In this document: positions 15,408 through 25,807 of the stretch, piece after piece
Layout: the number at the start of each line of letters is the position of its first letter
Position numbering within the stretch: position 1 is the first letter of the stretch
Notes under the pieces: model-generated
What the model was told of the DNA's origin: nothing
What the model saw: only the letters and a program-made list of their open reading frames with translations
Databases searched by the model: none
Translations under genes and position numbers: made by a program
From: a virus
DNA: 35,913 nucleotides
Strand: one strand, 5' to 3'
Virus record (IMG/VR): IMGVR_UViG_3300021432_000004
Location: 1-35,913 of that record

Positions 15408-16015
15408 CCTCTATCGTTGACTATGCGTCCCTGCAAACTTCGCTGGCAAATTGGCTGCACAGAGCTGATTTGACCGCGATGATACCGGATTTCATCGGTA
15501 TTGCTGAGGGAACGTTGTCAGCCGATTTGGATGCGCGTCCGATGGATATCAGGACGAATTTGACAGCGACAGCCGGCAATGCATATGTCACGCTCCCTAG
15601 CGATATGCTGGAGATGAAACGTCTTATCTTGGTCACGGACCCTATTTACGTGTTGCGCTACGAAACGCCGGACCAATTGTCGACCGATTACCCGAGCCTG
15701 AGCATCGTCGGCAAGCCTACTGTATTCACGGTGATTGGATCGCAGATACAGCTTGCCGCGACGCCGGACACCAATTACACGCTGGAGCTCACTTGCCGGC
15801 AAAGGGTTCCATCTCTCACGTCGACAAATACGACAAATTGGGTGATCACAAATTTTCCGAATGCCTATTTGTGGGCAGCCTTGTGCGCAGCGCAGCCATT
15901 CATTCAGAATGACGCGCGCTTGCCTCTCTTCAAGCAAATGTATTCTGAAGCAATTGCAGCGATAAATTCTATCGACTGGTATTCTGGCAGTAGCATGCGT
16001 GTACGCGCGCGATAA
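15404..16015 (+). CDS. Virion structural protein, 203 aa (head-tail adaptor-like by position)
   Basis: ATGA overlap; position between the head and tail-fibre genes. Confidence 0.7.
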   Translation: MTSIVDYASLQTSLANWLHRADLTAMIPDFIGIAEGTLSADLDARPMDIRTNLTATAGNAYVTLPSDMLEMKRLILVTDPIYVLRYETPDQLSTDYPSLSIVGKPTVFTVIGSQIQLAATPDTNYTLELTCRQRVPSLTSTNTTNWVITNFPNAYLWAALCAAQPFIQNDARLPLFKQMYSEAIAAINSIDWYSGSSMRVRAR

Positions 16016-16027
16016 AGGGAATAAATC

Positions 16028-17617
16028 ATGGGTTTAGAGTCAGGCACCTACATATCAGACCTCGTTGCGACAAATCCTCTTGGCACTGATCCTAAGAGCC
16101 AAGGCGACGATCATTTGCGCCTGATAAAATCGACGATAAAGACAACCTTCCCAAATGTGACTGGGGCTGTCACGATGACTCACGCGCAGTTGAATTTGAT
16201 CCCGACATTTGGAACTATCGCTGGTCAGGTTTGGACAGGGCAGCATGATTTTACGGGTGCCACATGGCTGCGCGCTCCTGGTCCCGTCAATCCGACAGAT
16301 GTGGTCATTAAATCGTATGCTGATGCATTGCCTTTTGGCGGTGTTGATCCTATTCCCTGTATTGGAGCGGGAGGCACGGCAGACGCCATCACGGCCAACT
16401 ATTCGCCAGCGATTACTTTATCTGATCTGCGTAAATGCATGGTGGTATGCACAGCGGCGAATGCGACGACCACGCCGACATTTTCTCCAAATGGACTGAC
16501 AGCGCATACTATCACTATGAACGGAGGACAACCACTTGCACCAGGCAGTATTCCGGGCGCAGGCTTCGTGGCAATCTTGGAATACAACCTAGCGAATACA
16601 CGCTGGGAACTGTTGAATCCCAAAGTCGCAGTTTCGCCGCTATTATGGGGCGACGGCTCAGACGGCAATGTAACGGTCAATGGTGCGGTCACTTTGTCAC
16701 GTGACATGTTCTATAACAACTTAACTTTGACGGCCGGCGCGGCACTGAAGACGAACGGTTATAGGATTCATGTCGCTGGAACCTTGGATATCAGTGCTGC
16801 TCCAGCAGGGGCAATTTTCTGGAACGGAAGTACCGGGGGGAACGGTGTCGTCAATGGCCCAGGAACCGGCGGCGCAATTCTAACATCGGCAAATCTAGGA
16901 GGGTCTCCAGCCGGGGGGGCCGGCGGGGCAAGTGGATCAGCGTCGCCTGGCGTCGCAGGAAATAACGGCGGCGCAACTATCATTGGAGGAACAGGAGCAG
17001 GGAATACATATCTTCCCGGAGCTGCTGCTTCTGTCAGCTTTAAAGGAACTAGTTTTCCTGGGTTCCCCGCTGGCACGCAAATTCAAGGCACAGCGGTATT
17101 TCTTCCTCTTGGGGGCGCCAGCGGTGGGGGTGGAGGTGCTGATGCTCTCAGTGCTGGTGCAGGCGGCGGCGGCGGTGGTTCTGGTGGTGGCGTTATAGTA
17201 ATAATCGCAAATATCATCGCCAGAGGATCAAATGTAACAGCCGGAATTATCCAGGTAAAAGGCGGCAATGCCGGGAATGGATATGGTATCGGTGTGGCCG
17301 GCGGTGGCAATGGAGGCGGTAGCGGCGGTGGCGGTGGATGGCTAGTAATTGTTTTTGGAACGACTACAGGATCGACAATTGTAAATGCCATTGACGTGAG
17401 CGGCGGCTCTGGTGGAACTGGTGGGAATAGTAGTGGCGGTGGAAATGTGGGCGGCGGCGGTGGTGGTTCTGGAGGAACTGGCACAGTCAATATTTACAAT
17501 CTTTCTGCCGGTACTTTTTCTGCTGTGACGGCTATTGCAGGAACCGCAGGTAGCGCGTTTTCTGGCGGGACGGGAGGCGCAGGCGCTCCCGCAAACGTAA
17601 AACAGGTGAACCTATGA
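16028..17617 (+). CDS. Tail fibre-like protein with Gly-rich C-terminal half
   Basis: The N-terminal motif GTYISDLVATNPLGTDPKSQGDDHLRLIKSTIKTTFPNV is common in phage tail fibres. The C-terminus alternates poly-Gly loops with hydrophobic strands. Confidence 0.8.
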   Translation: MGLESGTYISDLVATNPLGTDPKSQGDDHLRLIKSTIKTTFPNVTGAVTMTHAQLNLIPTFGTIAGQVWTGQHDFTGATWLRAPGPVNPTDVVIKSYADALPFGGVDPIPCIGAGGTADAITANYSPAITLSDLRKCMVVCTAANATTTPTFSPNGLTAHTITMNGGQPLAPGSIPGAGFVAILEYNLANTRWELLNPKVAVSPLLWGDGSDGNVTVNGAVTLSRDMFYNNLTLTAGAALKTNGYRIHVAGTLDISAAPAGAIFWNGSTGGNGVVNGPGTGGAILTSANLGGSPAGGAGGASGSASPGVAGNNGGATIIGGTGAGNTYLPGAAASVSFKGTSFPGFPAGTQIQGTAVFLPLGGASGGGGGADALSAGAGGGGGGSGGGVIVIIANIIARGSNVTAGIIQVKGGNAGNGYGIGVAGGGNGGGSGGGGGWLVIVFGTTTGSTIVNAIDVSGGSGGTGGNSSGGGNVGGGGGGSGGTGTVNIYNLSAGTFSAVTAIAGTAGSAFSGGTGGAGAPANVKQVNL

Positions 17618-17997
17618 GCGGCGTATGGGGTACGGCAGAGGCTATGCCATTTTCTGAAGCAACATTGGCGCAAGCTTCGGCGTCCGGTGCATCGCAAATC
17701 GTGCAACTTCCTTGTGGCACCTATGTGGCCGGTTTCAATGCTGATACAGGCCCAGTGACACCGCAATCCGTGACGGCTTATCAGCTATTGATGGCGCTGA
17801 ATAATGCCGGTCGATACACTGATCTGATGACTTATGTGAATTCGCAATCGGCACCGGTCCAGATTGCATTTAATCAGTCAATAAATTTCAACCGCACGAA
17901 TCCTATGGTTTTAGCGGCGGCTGCCGCGCTTGGCATGTCAAGTGCACAGACCGATTCTTTATTTGTTTCCGCAAGTCATCTTAGCGCGATTCCATGA
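17614..17997 (+). CDS. Hypothetical tail-module protein, 127 aa
   Basis: ATGA overlaps at both ends. Confidence 0.7.
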   Translation: MSGVWGTAEAMPFSEATLAQASASGASQIVQLPCGTYVAGFNADTGPVTPQSVTAYQLLMALNNAGRYTDLMTYVNSQSAPVQIAFNQSINFNRTNPMVLAAAAALGMSSAQTDSLFVSASHLSAIP

Positions 17998-19547
17998 CTC
18001 TTGTTCCTATTCCTAATTCGGGGTCGATAGGCGTCAACAAGGATTTATCGAGCCATGAATTACCAGATGCAGCGTGGACGGATGCGAACAACATCCGATT
18101 CCTTGATGGCATGGCGCGTCAATTTTACGGACATATCGAGGTCTACAATAGCCCGACGGCCGTTCCTCAGCATATCCTTGCTTGCACGATAGCTGGTGTG
18201 CGGTACTGGGTCTATGCCACGGCGACAAAATGCTTTACCGTGACGATATCTGGCGGCGTTGTAACAAGCACTGACATTACCCATGCGACGCCGCGCGCAG
18301 GGATAGTGAATCAGTGGACCAGTACACTGCTATCCGGCGTTCCGATTATGAATACGGGAGACACGACTTCAATTCCGATGAGTTGGGATTTGAACACGGC
18401 GCACAAATTCATCGACTTGGTGAACTGGCCGGCATCGACCTATTGCAAATCCCTGCGTGCCTTCAAGAATTATTTGGTAGCACTGAATGTAACCAAGAGC
18501 GGTACTAATTACCCCTTCATGGTGAAATGGTCACATCCTGCCGATCCAGGGTCGCTGCCTTCTTCCTGGGATCAGACCGATGCAACAAAGGACGCTGGCG
18601 AGCTCGACTTGGCAGAAGGTGGAGACATCATTATTGATGGACTCCAATTGCGCGACTCCTTTATGATTTACAAGGAATCCAGTATCTGGCGCATGGATTA
18701 TATCGGTGGGCCGTTCGTTTTCCGCTTCCAAAAAGTACTTGGCACATCTGGCGCGCTCAATAAAAACTGCATCGTGGAGGCAGATGGCATACATGTTGTT
18801 TTGACTGGCTCTGACGTTATCGTGCATGACGGACAAAATAGTGATTCCATTCTCGACAAGCAAACCAGAAGGTATTTGTTTGATACAATAGACTCGACAA
18901 ATATTGGCCTTTGCTTCATGTTCAAAAATATCTTCTTCAACGAGGTATTTTTGTGTTATCCGCAGAGCGGGTCCTCAGTCTGTGATAAAGCACTGGTATG
19001 GAATTACAAAGACAAAACGGTATCGTTCCGTGATCTGCCTAACTTGAACCATGCTGCTTATGGCGCTGTTGATGCGTCGCTGAGCACGACATGGGATTCA
19101 GATAGTGCACCTTGGGATTCGGATATTACGCTTTGGTCGTCCGGTGAACTCGTGCCAAGCATTGCGCGCGTGCTGATGGCAAGCCAGGATATGAAGCTCT
19201 ACCTTCTGGATTCTGGATCGACATTCAACGGCGTGCAGCCAGCATCCTTCCTAGAGCGCATAGGCTTATCTTTCGGTGCTCCAGAGGGAAGAAAACTCGT
19301 CAAGGGAATTCGTCCGCGTATTCAAGGCGTGACAGGGCAAACCGTGAATATCAAAGTGGGCAGCGCACCGAATGCCTACGACACGCCTACCTATGCGCCG
19401 GCTGTCGTGCACACCATAGGAACGACGGTACGCAGTGATGTATTGGTCGATGGGCGCTATATCGCGATCAGAATAGAGTCAGGAACCGCCTATCAATGGC
19501 GCCTTGACAGTATGGATGTGGAACTTGAGCCTTCGGGGGTATGGTGA
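17994..19547 (+). CDS. Large virion/tail structural protein, 517 aa
   Basis: Long ORF in the tail block, coupled to its neighbours. No catalytic motif recognised. Confidence 0.8.
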   Translation: MTLVPIPNSGSIGVNKDLSSHELPDAAWTDANNIRFLDGMARQFYGHIEVYNSPTAVPQHILACTIAGVRYWVYATATKCFTVTISGGVVTSTDITHATPRAGIVNQWTSTLLSGVPIMNTGDTTSIPMSWDLNTAHKFIDLVNWPASTYCKSLRAFKNYLVALNVTKSGTNYPFMVKWSHPADPGSLPSSWDQTDATKDAGELDLAEGGDIIIDGLQLRDSFMIYKESSIWRMDYIGGPFVFRFQKVLGTSGALNKNCIVEADGIHVVLTGSDVIVHDGQNSDSILDKQTRRYLFDTIDSTNIGLCFMFKNIFFNEVFLCYPQSGSSVCDKALVWNYKDKTVSFRDLPNLNHAAYGAVDASLSTTWDSDSAPWDSDITLWSSGELVPSIARVLMASQDMKLYLLDSGSTFNGVQPASFLERIGLSFGAPEGRKLVKGIRPRIQGVTGQTVNIKVGSAPNAYDTPTYAPAVVHTIGTTVRSDVLVDGRYIAIRIESGTAYQWRLDSMDVELEPSGVW

Positions 19548-19813
19548 GAACGACGACGATCAACACGCCGTTTTATGTGCCAGCCGAGGTGCCGACCGAT
19601 CCAGCAGAATTGCAGCGCTATCTGCGCAATGAGTTCAACCGGATTGCGGGATGCGTCGCGATACTGGCTAAAGGCCATTGCGAGTTTGTGAATGTGGCTC
19701 CGAGCAAGCCACGTGAGGGAGACATCATAGGTTGCGATGGCACAAATCTGAATCTGGGAAGCGGAAAGGGAATTTATGGATACTATACCGGTGCTTGGCA
19801 CCTTCTCGGATAA
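19541..19813 (+). CDS. Small virion protein, 90 aa
   Basis: Start overlaps the upstream stop. C-terminal pattern PSKPREGDIIGCDGTNLNLGSGKGIYGYYTGAW resembles a conserved small podovirus protein. Confidence 0.7.
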   Translation: MVRTTTINTPFYVPAEVPTDPAELQRYLRNEFNRIAGCVAILAKGHCEFVNVAPSKPREGDIIGCDGTNLNLGSGKGIYGYYTGAWHLLG

Positions 19814-19823
19814 GGAGTAAATC

Positions 19824-20990
19824 ATGGCTTTCGACTGGTCCAAACTCAATTACTCGCAATTGCTGGCGCTCGCGCAGAAACAAGACCCTTCCATTGCGGC
19901 AGGATGGCAACGTCCTTCCGAGCCCGGCGCATGGAATGATCCGATGATCAACAAGAACAATGCGACCATCGACCTATCCAGCCTCGGCATTCCAGGCAAA
20001 GCAGGCATCACGGCTGCGCCAGGCCAAGGATTGATCTTCGATGCGCCTGACCCTGGCGGCTCATCGCACCGCGTCGCGATGCGCGCGGGTGCCAATGGCA
20101 GCGTGACGCCGACCTATTACAACCAGGGCGATTCCTTCCTAGACAAGATGATCCCTTTGATGGTGATGGCAGGGACGGGAGCGGTGGGCGCGAATGCCTT
20201 GGGCTTTCTCGGCGGTGCAGCGGACGGCACTTCCGCAGTGGCCGGTGGCGCTGGTGGGGGCTCAGGAGGCGCAGGCGCGACATCGGCCTTCGGTGGCACC
20301 AGCATGCCAGCCCTCAGCGCGGGAGAAGTCGCTGGCACGGGAGCAGGCACCGCAGCCCTTCCTACTGCAGCAGAAATAGGCGCTGCTGGAGGTGGGCTTT
20401 CCTCATTAGGAGGCGGCGCTTCTGCAGCGACGGGGTTGAGTACCTTACCAGCGGCCGGCATGAGCGGCGCAGGCCCCATAGGTTCAGGAGCGGCATCTAT
20501 TCCTGCCGATATTTCTGGAGAAATAGCCGGTGGTGCGCCAACCTTGACAGGCGCGCAGATAGGCGGCGCGGGGTCAACCGGCGCAAGCTACTTGGATACC
20601 CTGAATGGCGTATTGGGAAGTCCTCTTGGGAAATTAGGCACAACGCTGCTCGGCAGCTTTATCGGCAGTCAGCCGAACCAGCAGATGCAGAACCTTACCA
20701 AGCAAGTTGACCCGCGCATCGCTCCCTATATTTACGGCCAGGGCGGCGTGCTGCAAAATGCTGCCAATCTGTATAACGCGAACCCTTCCGGCACAAACGA
20801 CCTGATGCGGCAGGGATGGCAAAGCCAGATTGACGCCTTGAATAATCCGGCACTAAAAGCTGGATATGCGAATATGATGTCGCAGGGACAAGGCTTGTTA
20901 AATCGCGGCGTCGCCGCCAATCCCTTCACCACAGGGCAGACGCAGTTATTGCAGACGCCAGCACAATTTGCAGGCTTATTAAGGAGCTGA
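19824..20990 (+). CDS. Gly/Ala/Ser-rich internal-virion-like protein, 388 aa
   Basis: AAGGAG RBS; a central disordered G/A/S/T region of about 200 aa; position before the large ejection-like proteins. Confidence 0.75.
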   Translation: MAFDWSKLNYSQLLALAQKQDPSIAAGWQRPSEPGAWNDPMINKNNATIDLSSLGIPGKAGITAAPGQGLIFDAPDPGGSSHRVAMRAGANGSVTPTYYNQGDSFLDKMIPLMVMAGTGAVGANALGFLGGAADGTSAVAGGAGGGSGGAGATSAFGGTSMPALSAGEVAGTGAGTAALPTAAEIGAAGGGLSSLGGGASAATGLSTLPAAGMSGAGPIGSGAASIPADISGEIAGGAPTLTGAQIGGAGSTGASYLDTLNGVLGSPLGKLGTTLLGSFIGSQPNQQMQNLTKQVDPRIAPYIYGQGGVLQNAANLYNANPSGTNDLMRQGWQSQIDALNNPALKAGYANMMSQGQGLLNRGVAANPFTTGQTQLLQTPAQFAGLLRS

Positions 20991-20994
20991 TGAC

Positions 20995-21762
20995 ATGGCG
21001 GACTATAGCGCTGCGATGCAGCAAATTTTATCAGGCAAGGTCAACAATCCTTACCTCGATCAGATGGCGACCGGCATCAAAAATACGGTCAACGACAATC
21101 TTACGCAGAATGTTTTGCCTGGCATAGGTAGTGATGCCATGATGGCTGGTGGTTATGGCGGCTCGCGCCAGGGCATCGCACAAGGTCTAGCGATAGGCCA
21201 AAGCAATAAATATTTGGGCGACTCGCTCGCTAATTTATACGGTGGCCAGCAAAGCCAGGCGAACCAGTTGCAAGCGCAAATGACAGGGCAATTATCCGGG
21301 CAGGACGCGACGGCCGCTAACCTCGCAACCAGCTTGGCGGCACAAAAGGCCATGAATGACGCCAACTTAGGTCTAGGCTATCTGAATGCAAATCAGAATT
21401 TCTATACGTCGAATCGCGGCTTGGACCTCCAGTCCTTGCAGACGGGCGCCAATTTGTTTGGCGCCGGTGCGAATGGAAGCCAAGGAATAGGCCAGAATTT
21501 GACCAATATCGGCAACCAGCAAAATCAGCAACCCTGGAACCAATTGGGCAATTTCAGCAATAACGTGAACCAATACACCGGGTTGGGCGGTTCAACCAAT
21601 CAGACCAATAGCCAGGGCGGCGGTTTAACCGGCGCTATCGGCGGCGCATTGGCTGGAACCCAGCTTTATAATAATCTCGGCTTTGGCGGCTCGCCTGCGC
21701 CTGCGCAACCAGTTCGCACGCCAATTGGCATGGGTTCAATACGCGGCGCTTACGGAGTTTAA
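20995..21762 (+). CDS. Gln/Asn/Gly-rich internal-virion-like protein, 255 aa
   Basis: The ORF follows the previous stop by 4 nt; strongly Q/N/G-biased composition. Confidence 0.75.
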   Translation: MADYSAAMQQILSGKVNNPYLDQMATGIKNTVNDNLTQNVLPGIGSDAMMAGGYGGSRQGIAQGLAIGQSNKYLGDSLANLYGGQQSQANQLQAQMTGQLSGQDATAANLATSLAAQKAMNDANLGLGYLNANQNFYTSNRGLDLQSLQTGANLFGAGANGSQGIGQNLTNIGNQQNQQPWNQLGNFSNNVNQYTGLGGSTNQTNSQGGGLTGAIGGALAGTQLYNNLGFGGSPAPAQPVRTPIGMGSIRGAYGV

Positions 21763-21771
21763 GGGGACAAC

Positions 21772-23616
21772 ATGGGACTGCTTGATATGTACGACCAAGA
21801 CCCGGACAGCCTGCAGTCGGCGCAGACCCTCGGTCTGGCGCAAGGCTTGCTCTCAGGCCGGGGCGGTCCTGCACTTGGTGCTGGCATCGGCAATATGCAA
21901 GCCGCCAAAAAGGAATGGCAAGACCGGCAGCGCGAGCAAATGCAGCTCATGATGCAGGCGGCGCAATTCCAACAGCAAATGAAGACGCAAGCCTTTGCCA
22001 ATGGCATCCTGCAAAACGCAATGGGCGGCCAGCAGGGTAGCGAGAGCGCCACATCCCCGGCGCCCGTCATGGCTGGAACACCTGGGCAAATCCCAATGAC
22101 GGGCGGGGGCGCAATGCCCATGCCAAGCCCAGGAGTTCAATCCGCGCCGTCTTCCGTGCCAGCGGCGCAACCTGGCATTCTAGGCTTGAATCGCAATGCG
22201 ATTGCTGGTGGCGTGATTGCAGGACTGCCCGGCATGTCTGAACTTGGAAAAGCCATCGTTGCAGGCAATGCCGTGCCGGAAGAGGTCAAGGTTGCCCAGG
22301 CGCTCGGCATTCCTCTGGACCAGGTACGCGCGGCCAAGATGCGCGAAAACGACGCCAAGGGCGTCAATATCTCGGCCAGCGGCCAAGCCTCGGCCATCAC
22401 GCGCGACGCCAACGGCAATCCTGTGGTATCGGCACCCGCTGGCGCCGTGGATACCTACAAGGCGTATAAGCAGGCCGACCAGGGCATTGCCAATGCAAAT
22501 GATCTGGTGACGGTCAATCTTCCAGGAGGGCCACGCCAGATGACCAAGGCGCAGGCGTTGCAGATGACGGGCGGCGCGCCAGAGCAAAGCGCACCCCAAC
22601 CCGCGCAGGTCTTGCCGCAATGGCTGCAGGCGCGCGTCGATATGGGCAAGACCATCACTGATCCTGAACTACGCAATTCTTTCGTTGCCGCAATCCAAAC
22701 CCAACTCGGCAACAGCGCGCTGCCGCAAAGCAGCAAGGATGCCTATGGGCGCGCCTTCACGGCGGCATTGAGTGGCACGAATGGAGCACCGTCGCAGGCA
22801 GCGCCGACTTCGGCAACATCCAGCGCAGATAACGGGGCGCCAGGCTTTGGCTTGCAAACCCCGGAAGCGGCCGCAGAGGCACAAAAGGCCGTTGATCTGC
22901 GATTCGCCCCGCAAACTGCCTATGCCAGCGACGCCGGCAAGAACCTGGCCGCCAAGGGTGCTGCCTTGAGCAGTCAAGTCGCCGAATCGCAAGAATTGCT
23001 GAAGCGCATAGACCAATCTCGCCAGGCGCTGCAAACCTTCCAGGCCGGGGGCGGCATGGATACGCGGGTCGATGTGGCAAAGGCGCTCCAGGGACTTGGC
23101 GCACCTCAAAGCATCGTGGACCAAGTCGCTGGTGGCAGCTTGAACGGGGCGCAAGTATTCCAGAAATATGCCGCGCAAGAAGCCTTGCAAACCATGCGCC
23201 AATCGCTCGCCAGCGATGACGGCAAGGGCTCGCCGGGTAACCGCGTCGCGATGCAGCTTTTCATCAAAAATAATCCCAACTTGGACACTGACCCACGCGC
23301 AATCGAGAAGATTTTCAATTTCCAGACGGGTTTGCATAACCAATTGCTGGACCAGCAAGACAATTACGTTAAATATGTGACGGACCCCACGACGCCCAAG
23401 GACGTATCAGCGTTCGATAATCAATGGGCGCATCAGGCCATTGCCAAGGGCTATGTGAATCCGCAGATGGTCACGGGGCAAGCCAAGGGGACGCAAAGCG
23501 CGCCTCCTGCTGCGGCGGCGACGCAATATTCCGTGACGGCGCCTGGCGGCAAGGTCTATTCTTTCCCGGATCAAAAATCCATGATGAATTTCAAGCTGGA
23601 AGCGGGGATTAAATAA
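21772..23616 (+). CDS. Large internal virion/ejection-like protein, 614 aa
   Basis: Long A/Q/G-rich ORF; positional analogy to podovirus ejection proteins. No transglycosylase motif seen. Confidence 0.75.
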   Translation: MGLLDMYDQDPDSLQSAQTLGLAQGLLSGRGGPALGAGIGNMQAAKKEWQDRQREQMQLMMQAAQFQQQMKTQAFANGILQNAMGGQQGSESATSPAPVMAGTPGQIPMTGGGAMPMPSPGVQSAPSSVPAAQPGILGLNRNAIAGGVIAGLPGMSELGKAIVAGNAVPEEVKVAQALGIPLDQVRAAKMRENDAKGVNISASGQASAITRDANGNPVVSAPAGAVDTYKAYKQADQGIANANDLVTVNLPGGPRQMTKAQALQMTGGAPEQSAPQPAQVLPQWLQARVDMGKTITDPELRNSFVAAIQTQLGNSALPQSSKDAYGRAFTAALSGTNGAPSQAAPTSATSSADNGAPGFGLQTPEAAAEAQKAVDLRFAPQTAYASDAGKNLAAKGAALSSQVAESQELLKRIDQSRQALQTFQAGGGMDTRVDVAKALQGLGAPQSIVDQVAGGSLNGAQVFQKYAAQEALQTMRQSLASDDGKGSPGNRVAMQLFIKNNPNLDTDPRAIEKIFNFQTGLHNQLLDQQDNYVKYVTDPTTPKDVSAFDNQWAHQAIAKGYVNPQMVTGQAKGTQSAPPAAAATQYSVTAPGGKVYSFPDQKSMMNFKLEAGIK

Positions 23617-25673
23617 TGCCGGATTATGACGCGCTCGCCGCCAAGTATGGCGCTACCACGGGGCAACCTGATCTGGACGCACTGGCCGCGAAATATGGTG
23701 CGGTAGGCGTCCCGGGAGCGGTCACGCCCGACAATTCCCTGATGGGGCGTCTCGGGGCGGCTTACCAGGACATGAAGACCAATTCTCAGCAAGTGCCCTA
23801 TGTCGGCGGCTTGCTGCATGGCTTCCTGCAAACCCCGCATGCGGTCACGCAACTGATCGCCAATCTCGGAAACCAGGCCGGCGTCGTCAGCGATAAGGAC
23901 TTGGCCGACTTCAAGAACCTGTCGAATAGCTCCGAGCAAGCCTATCAGACGACCCGGCAAGCGACTACCGCGCAAAAGCCGTCCGACATCGCGCAGGGGA
24001 AGGTGACTCCTCCCGGCTTCGATTGGGGCAGCTTCGCCGGGAACGCGCTCAGTACGGCGCCACTGCTCGCGGCGAAAGTTCCGACCAGCTTTGCCGGCGT
24101 AAGCTTCACCGGCGCCCCGTTGATGGCCGCGAAAGCGCTGCAAGGCATGGGCATAGGCGCGGCGATGGGCGCATTGACCCCGGCAGATGATGCACTACCT
24201 AATGCGCAATTCAATGCCGATAAGCTCAAGCAACTCGGCATCGGTGTCGGCCTCGGCGGCGTCGCGCCTGTGATTGGGAGCGCGGTCGGTAAGACCGCGG
24301 GTGGCTTGTTGAATGCAGTACGGCCCATCGTGGCGCCCAGATCGGCGGTGGGCAATTCCGTACTGGAAAATATGGACAATCTGGCGCAGCAAGGAGCAAC
24401 ATCCGTGAGTCCGCAAGACTTGCTCAATCGTCTGCGCTCTGTCCAGCAACTGGTGCCAGGATCGCAGCCGACCACGGCGCAAGTGGCTGGCGTGCCGCAA
24501 TTGGTGATGGCAGAAAAGACCCTGAAAAATAACCCGACCTATCTGCCCGACTTCCTCAATCGCGCGATCGGCAACAACCAGGCTCGGCTGCAGGCATTGC
24601 AGGGCATTGCGCAGACCCCAGAAGCCTTGCAGGCAGCCATTGCGGCACGCAATGCAGCAGCCTCTCCTCTCTATGACGCGGCAAAGAACGCTACGTTGCC
24701 GGTGGATGATGCCTTGCAAGAGATATTGGATCGTCCCTCGGCACAGTCAGCAATTCAGCGCGGCATGAAGATTGCCGCAGAGCGTGGCGATGCCGTGGCG
24801 CCGATTGCCGGCACGAAAGGCAGCGCGACGGCGACTTCCGCGATTCTGGATGCGCAAGGAAAGCCCATCGTGACCCAGGCGGCGCAGAGCGGACAAGCGC
24901 CCACCATCAGCGGCAACCTGCTGCAATACCTGAAAATGGGCTTGGATGACTTGCAATCGTCCGGGCGCACACAGGGCATCGGCTCGCATGAAGCGAATGC
25001 ACTATCTGGCACACAAGATGCTTTGCAGGCATGGATAGAGAAAAACTCGCCACAATATGCCGCCGCCAATAAAGCCTATGCAGAAGGCAGCGTGCCGGTG
25101 AATACCATGCAAGCCGGCCAGCAACTCTACAATGCGCTGGCAGGTGGCACCATGAATGCGGCCGGCGACGTGGCCCCGGCTTTGTCGCAATTCCGCAGCC
25201 AGTATGCGAAGGCACTCAAGGATGCGACCTATGGCATCGACCCGGAAGCGCAAAAGACCTTGGATGCGATCCAGGCCGATTTGCAGCGTGAGACGGTCTC
25301 TAATTCGGTGCGCGCTGGCTCGGGCTCTGATACCGCCTTCAATCTGCAGGCCCCGAATTGGCTCGCCAAGCAAATCTATGGCCCTGGTATGGCAGGGAAA
25401 TCGACCTTAGGCCAGATATTGGGCGGCGTCGGCGGCTATATGACGGGTGGACCGATGGGCGCGGCCGGAGGTGTGATGGGCGTGAATAAGCTAGGCCAGT
25501 TTGCCGGCCAGCGCATGAGCGATGAAATGCAAAAAGCTATGCTGAACCCTGATTACTTCGCGCAGTTACTTCAAGATGCGATACAGCGCAATGCGGCCCC
25601 AGGATTTCAAAACCTGTCGCCAGTATGGACGCGCGCGCCGGCAGCGGCCGTAGGCTTGCTCACGAGTCGCTAA
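23616..25673 (+). CDS. Large internal virion/ejection-like protein, 685 aa
   Basis: TAATG coupling to the previous gene. Duplicated N-terminal DALAAKYGA motif; A/G/Q-rich. Confidence 0.75.
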   Translation: MPDYDALAAKYGATTGQPDLDALAAKYGAVGVPGAVTPDNSLMGRLGAAYQDMKTNSQQVPYVGGLLHGFLQTPHAVTQLIANLGNQAGVVSDKDLADFKNLSNSSEQAYQTTRQATTAQKPSDIAQGKVTPPGFDWGSFAGNALSTAPLLAAKVPTSFAGVSFTGAPLMAAKALQGMGIGAAMGALTPADDALPNAQFNADKLKQLGIGVGLGGVAPVIGSAVGKTAGGLLNAVRPIVAPRSAVGNSVLENMDNLAQQGATSVSPQDLLNRLRSVQQLVPGSQPTTAQVAGVPQLVMAEKTLKNNPTYLPDFLNRAIGNNQARLQALQGIAQTPEALQAAIAARNAAASPLYDAAKNATLPVDDALQEILDRPSAQSAIQRGMKIAAERGDAVAPIAGTKGSATATSAILDAQGKPIVTQAAQSGQAPTISGNLLQYLKMGLDDLQSSGRTQGIGSHEANALSGTQDALQAWIEKNSPQYAAANKAYAEGSVPVNTMQAGQQLYNALAGGTMNAAGDVAPALSQFRSQYAKALKDATYGIDPEAQKTLDAIQADLQRETVSNSVRAGSGSDTAFNLQAPNWLAKQIYGPGMAGKSTLGQILGGVGGYMTGGPMGAAGGVMGVNKLGQFAGQRMSDEMQKAMLNPDYFAQLLQDAIQRNAAPGFQNLSPVWTRAPAAAVGLLTSR

Positions 25674-25737
25674 GTAGGCCTGCAGGAAGGCGCGGCTAAA
25701 AGCTGTGAGGAAATAGGCAAGGATGGGCATATAAGTG

Positions 25738-25765
25738 TTGAACTTTTCGTAAAATGTCTTAAAAT
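25738..25765 (+). promoter_or_regulatory. Sigma70-like promoter TTGAAC-16 nt-TAAAAT upstream of the lysis cassette
   Basis: -35 at 25738-25743 and -10 at 25760-25765, in the 134-nt gap after 25673. Confidence 0.45.
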
Positions 25766-25807
25766 CAAGGCGGCAATTGCCGATACTCAAACGAATAGGA
25801 AACTACC

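Noticed and set aside
17083-17490. Pro-rich 135-aa minus-strand ORF
   Set aside because: It is the mirror image of the poly-Gly (GGN) coding region of the tail-fibre gene, antisense to a well-supported CDS, with no RBS.
25566-25790. 74-aa minus-strand ORF at the end of the 685-aa gene
   Set aside because: It is antisense to the CDS and the promoter region, with no supporting signals.
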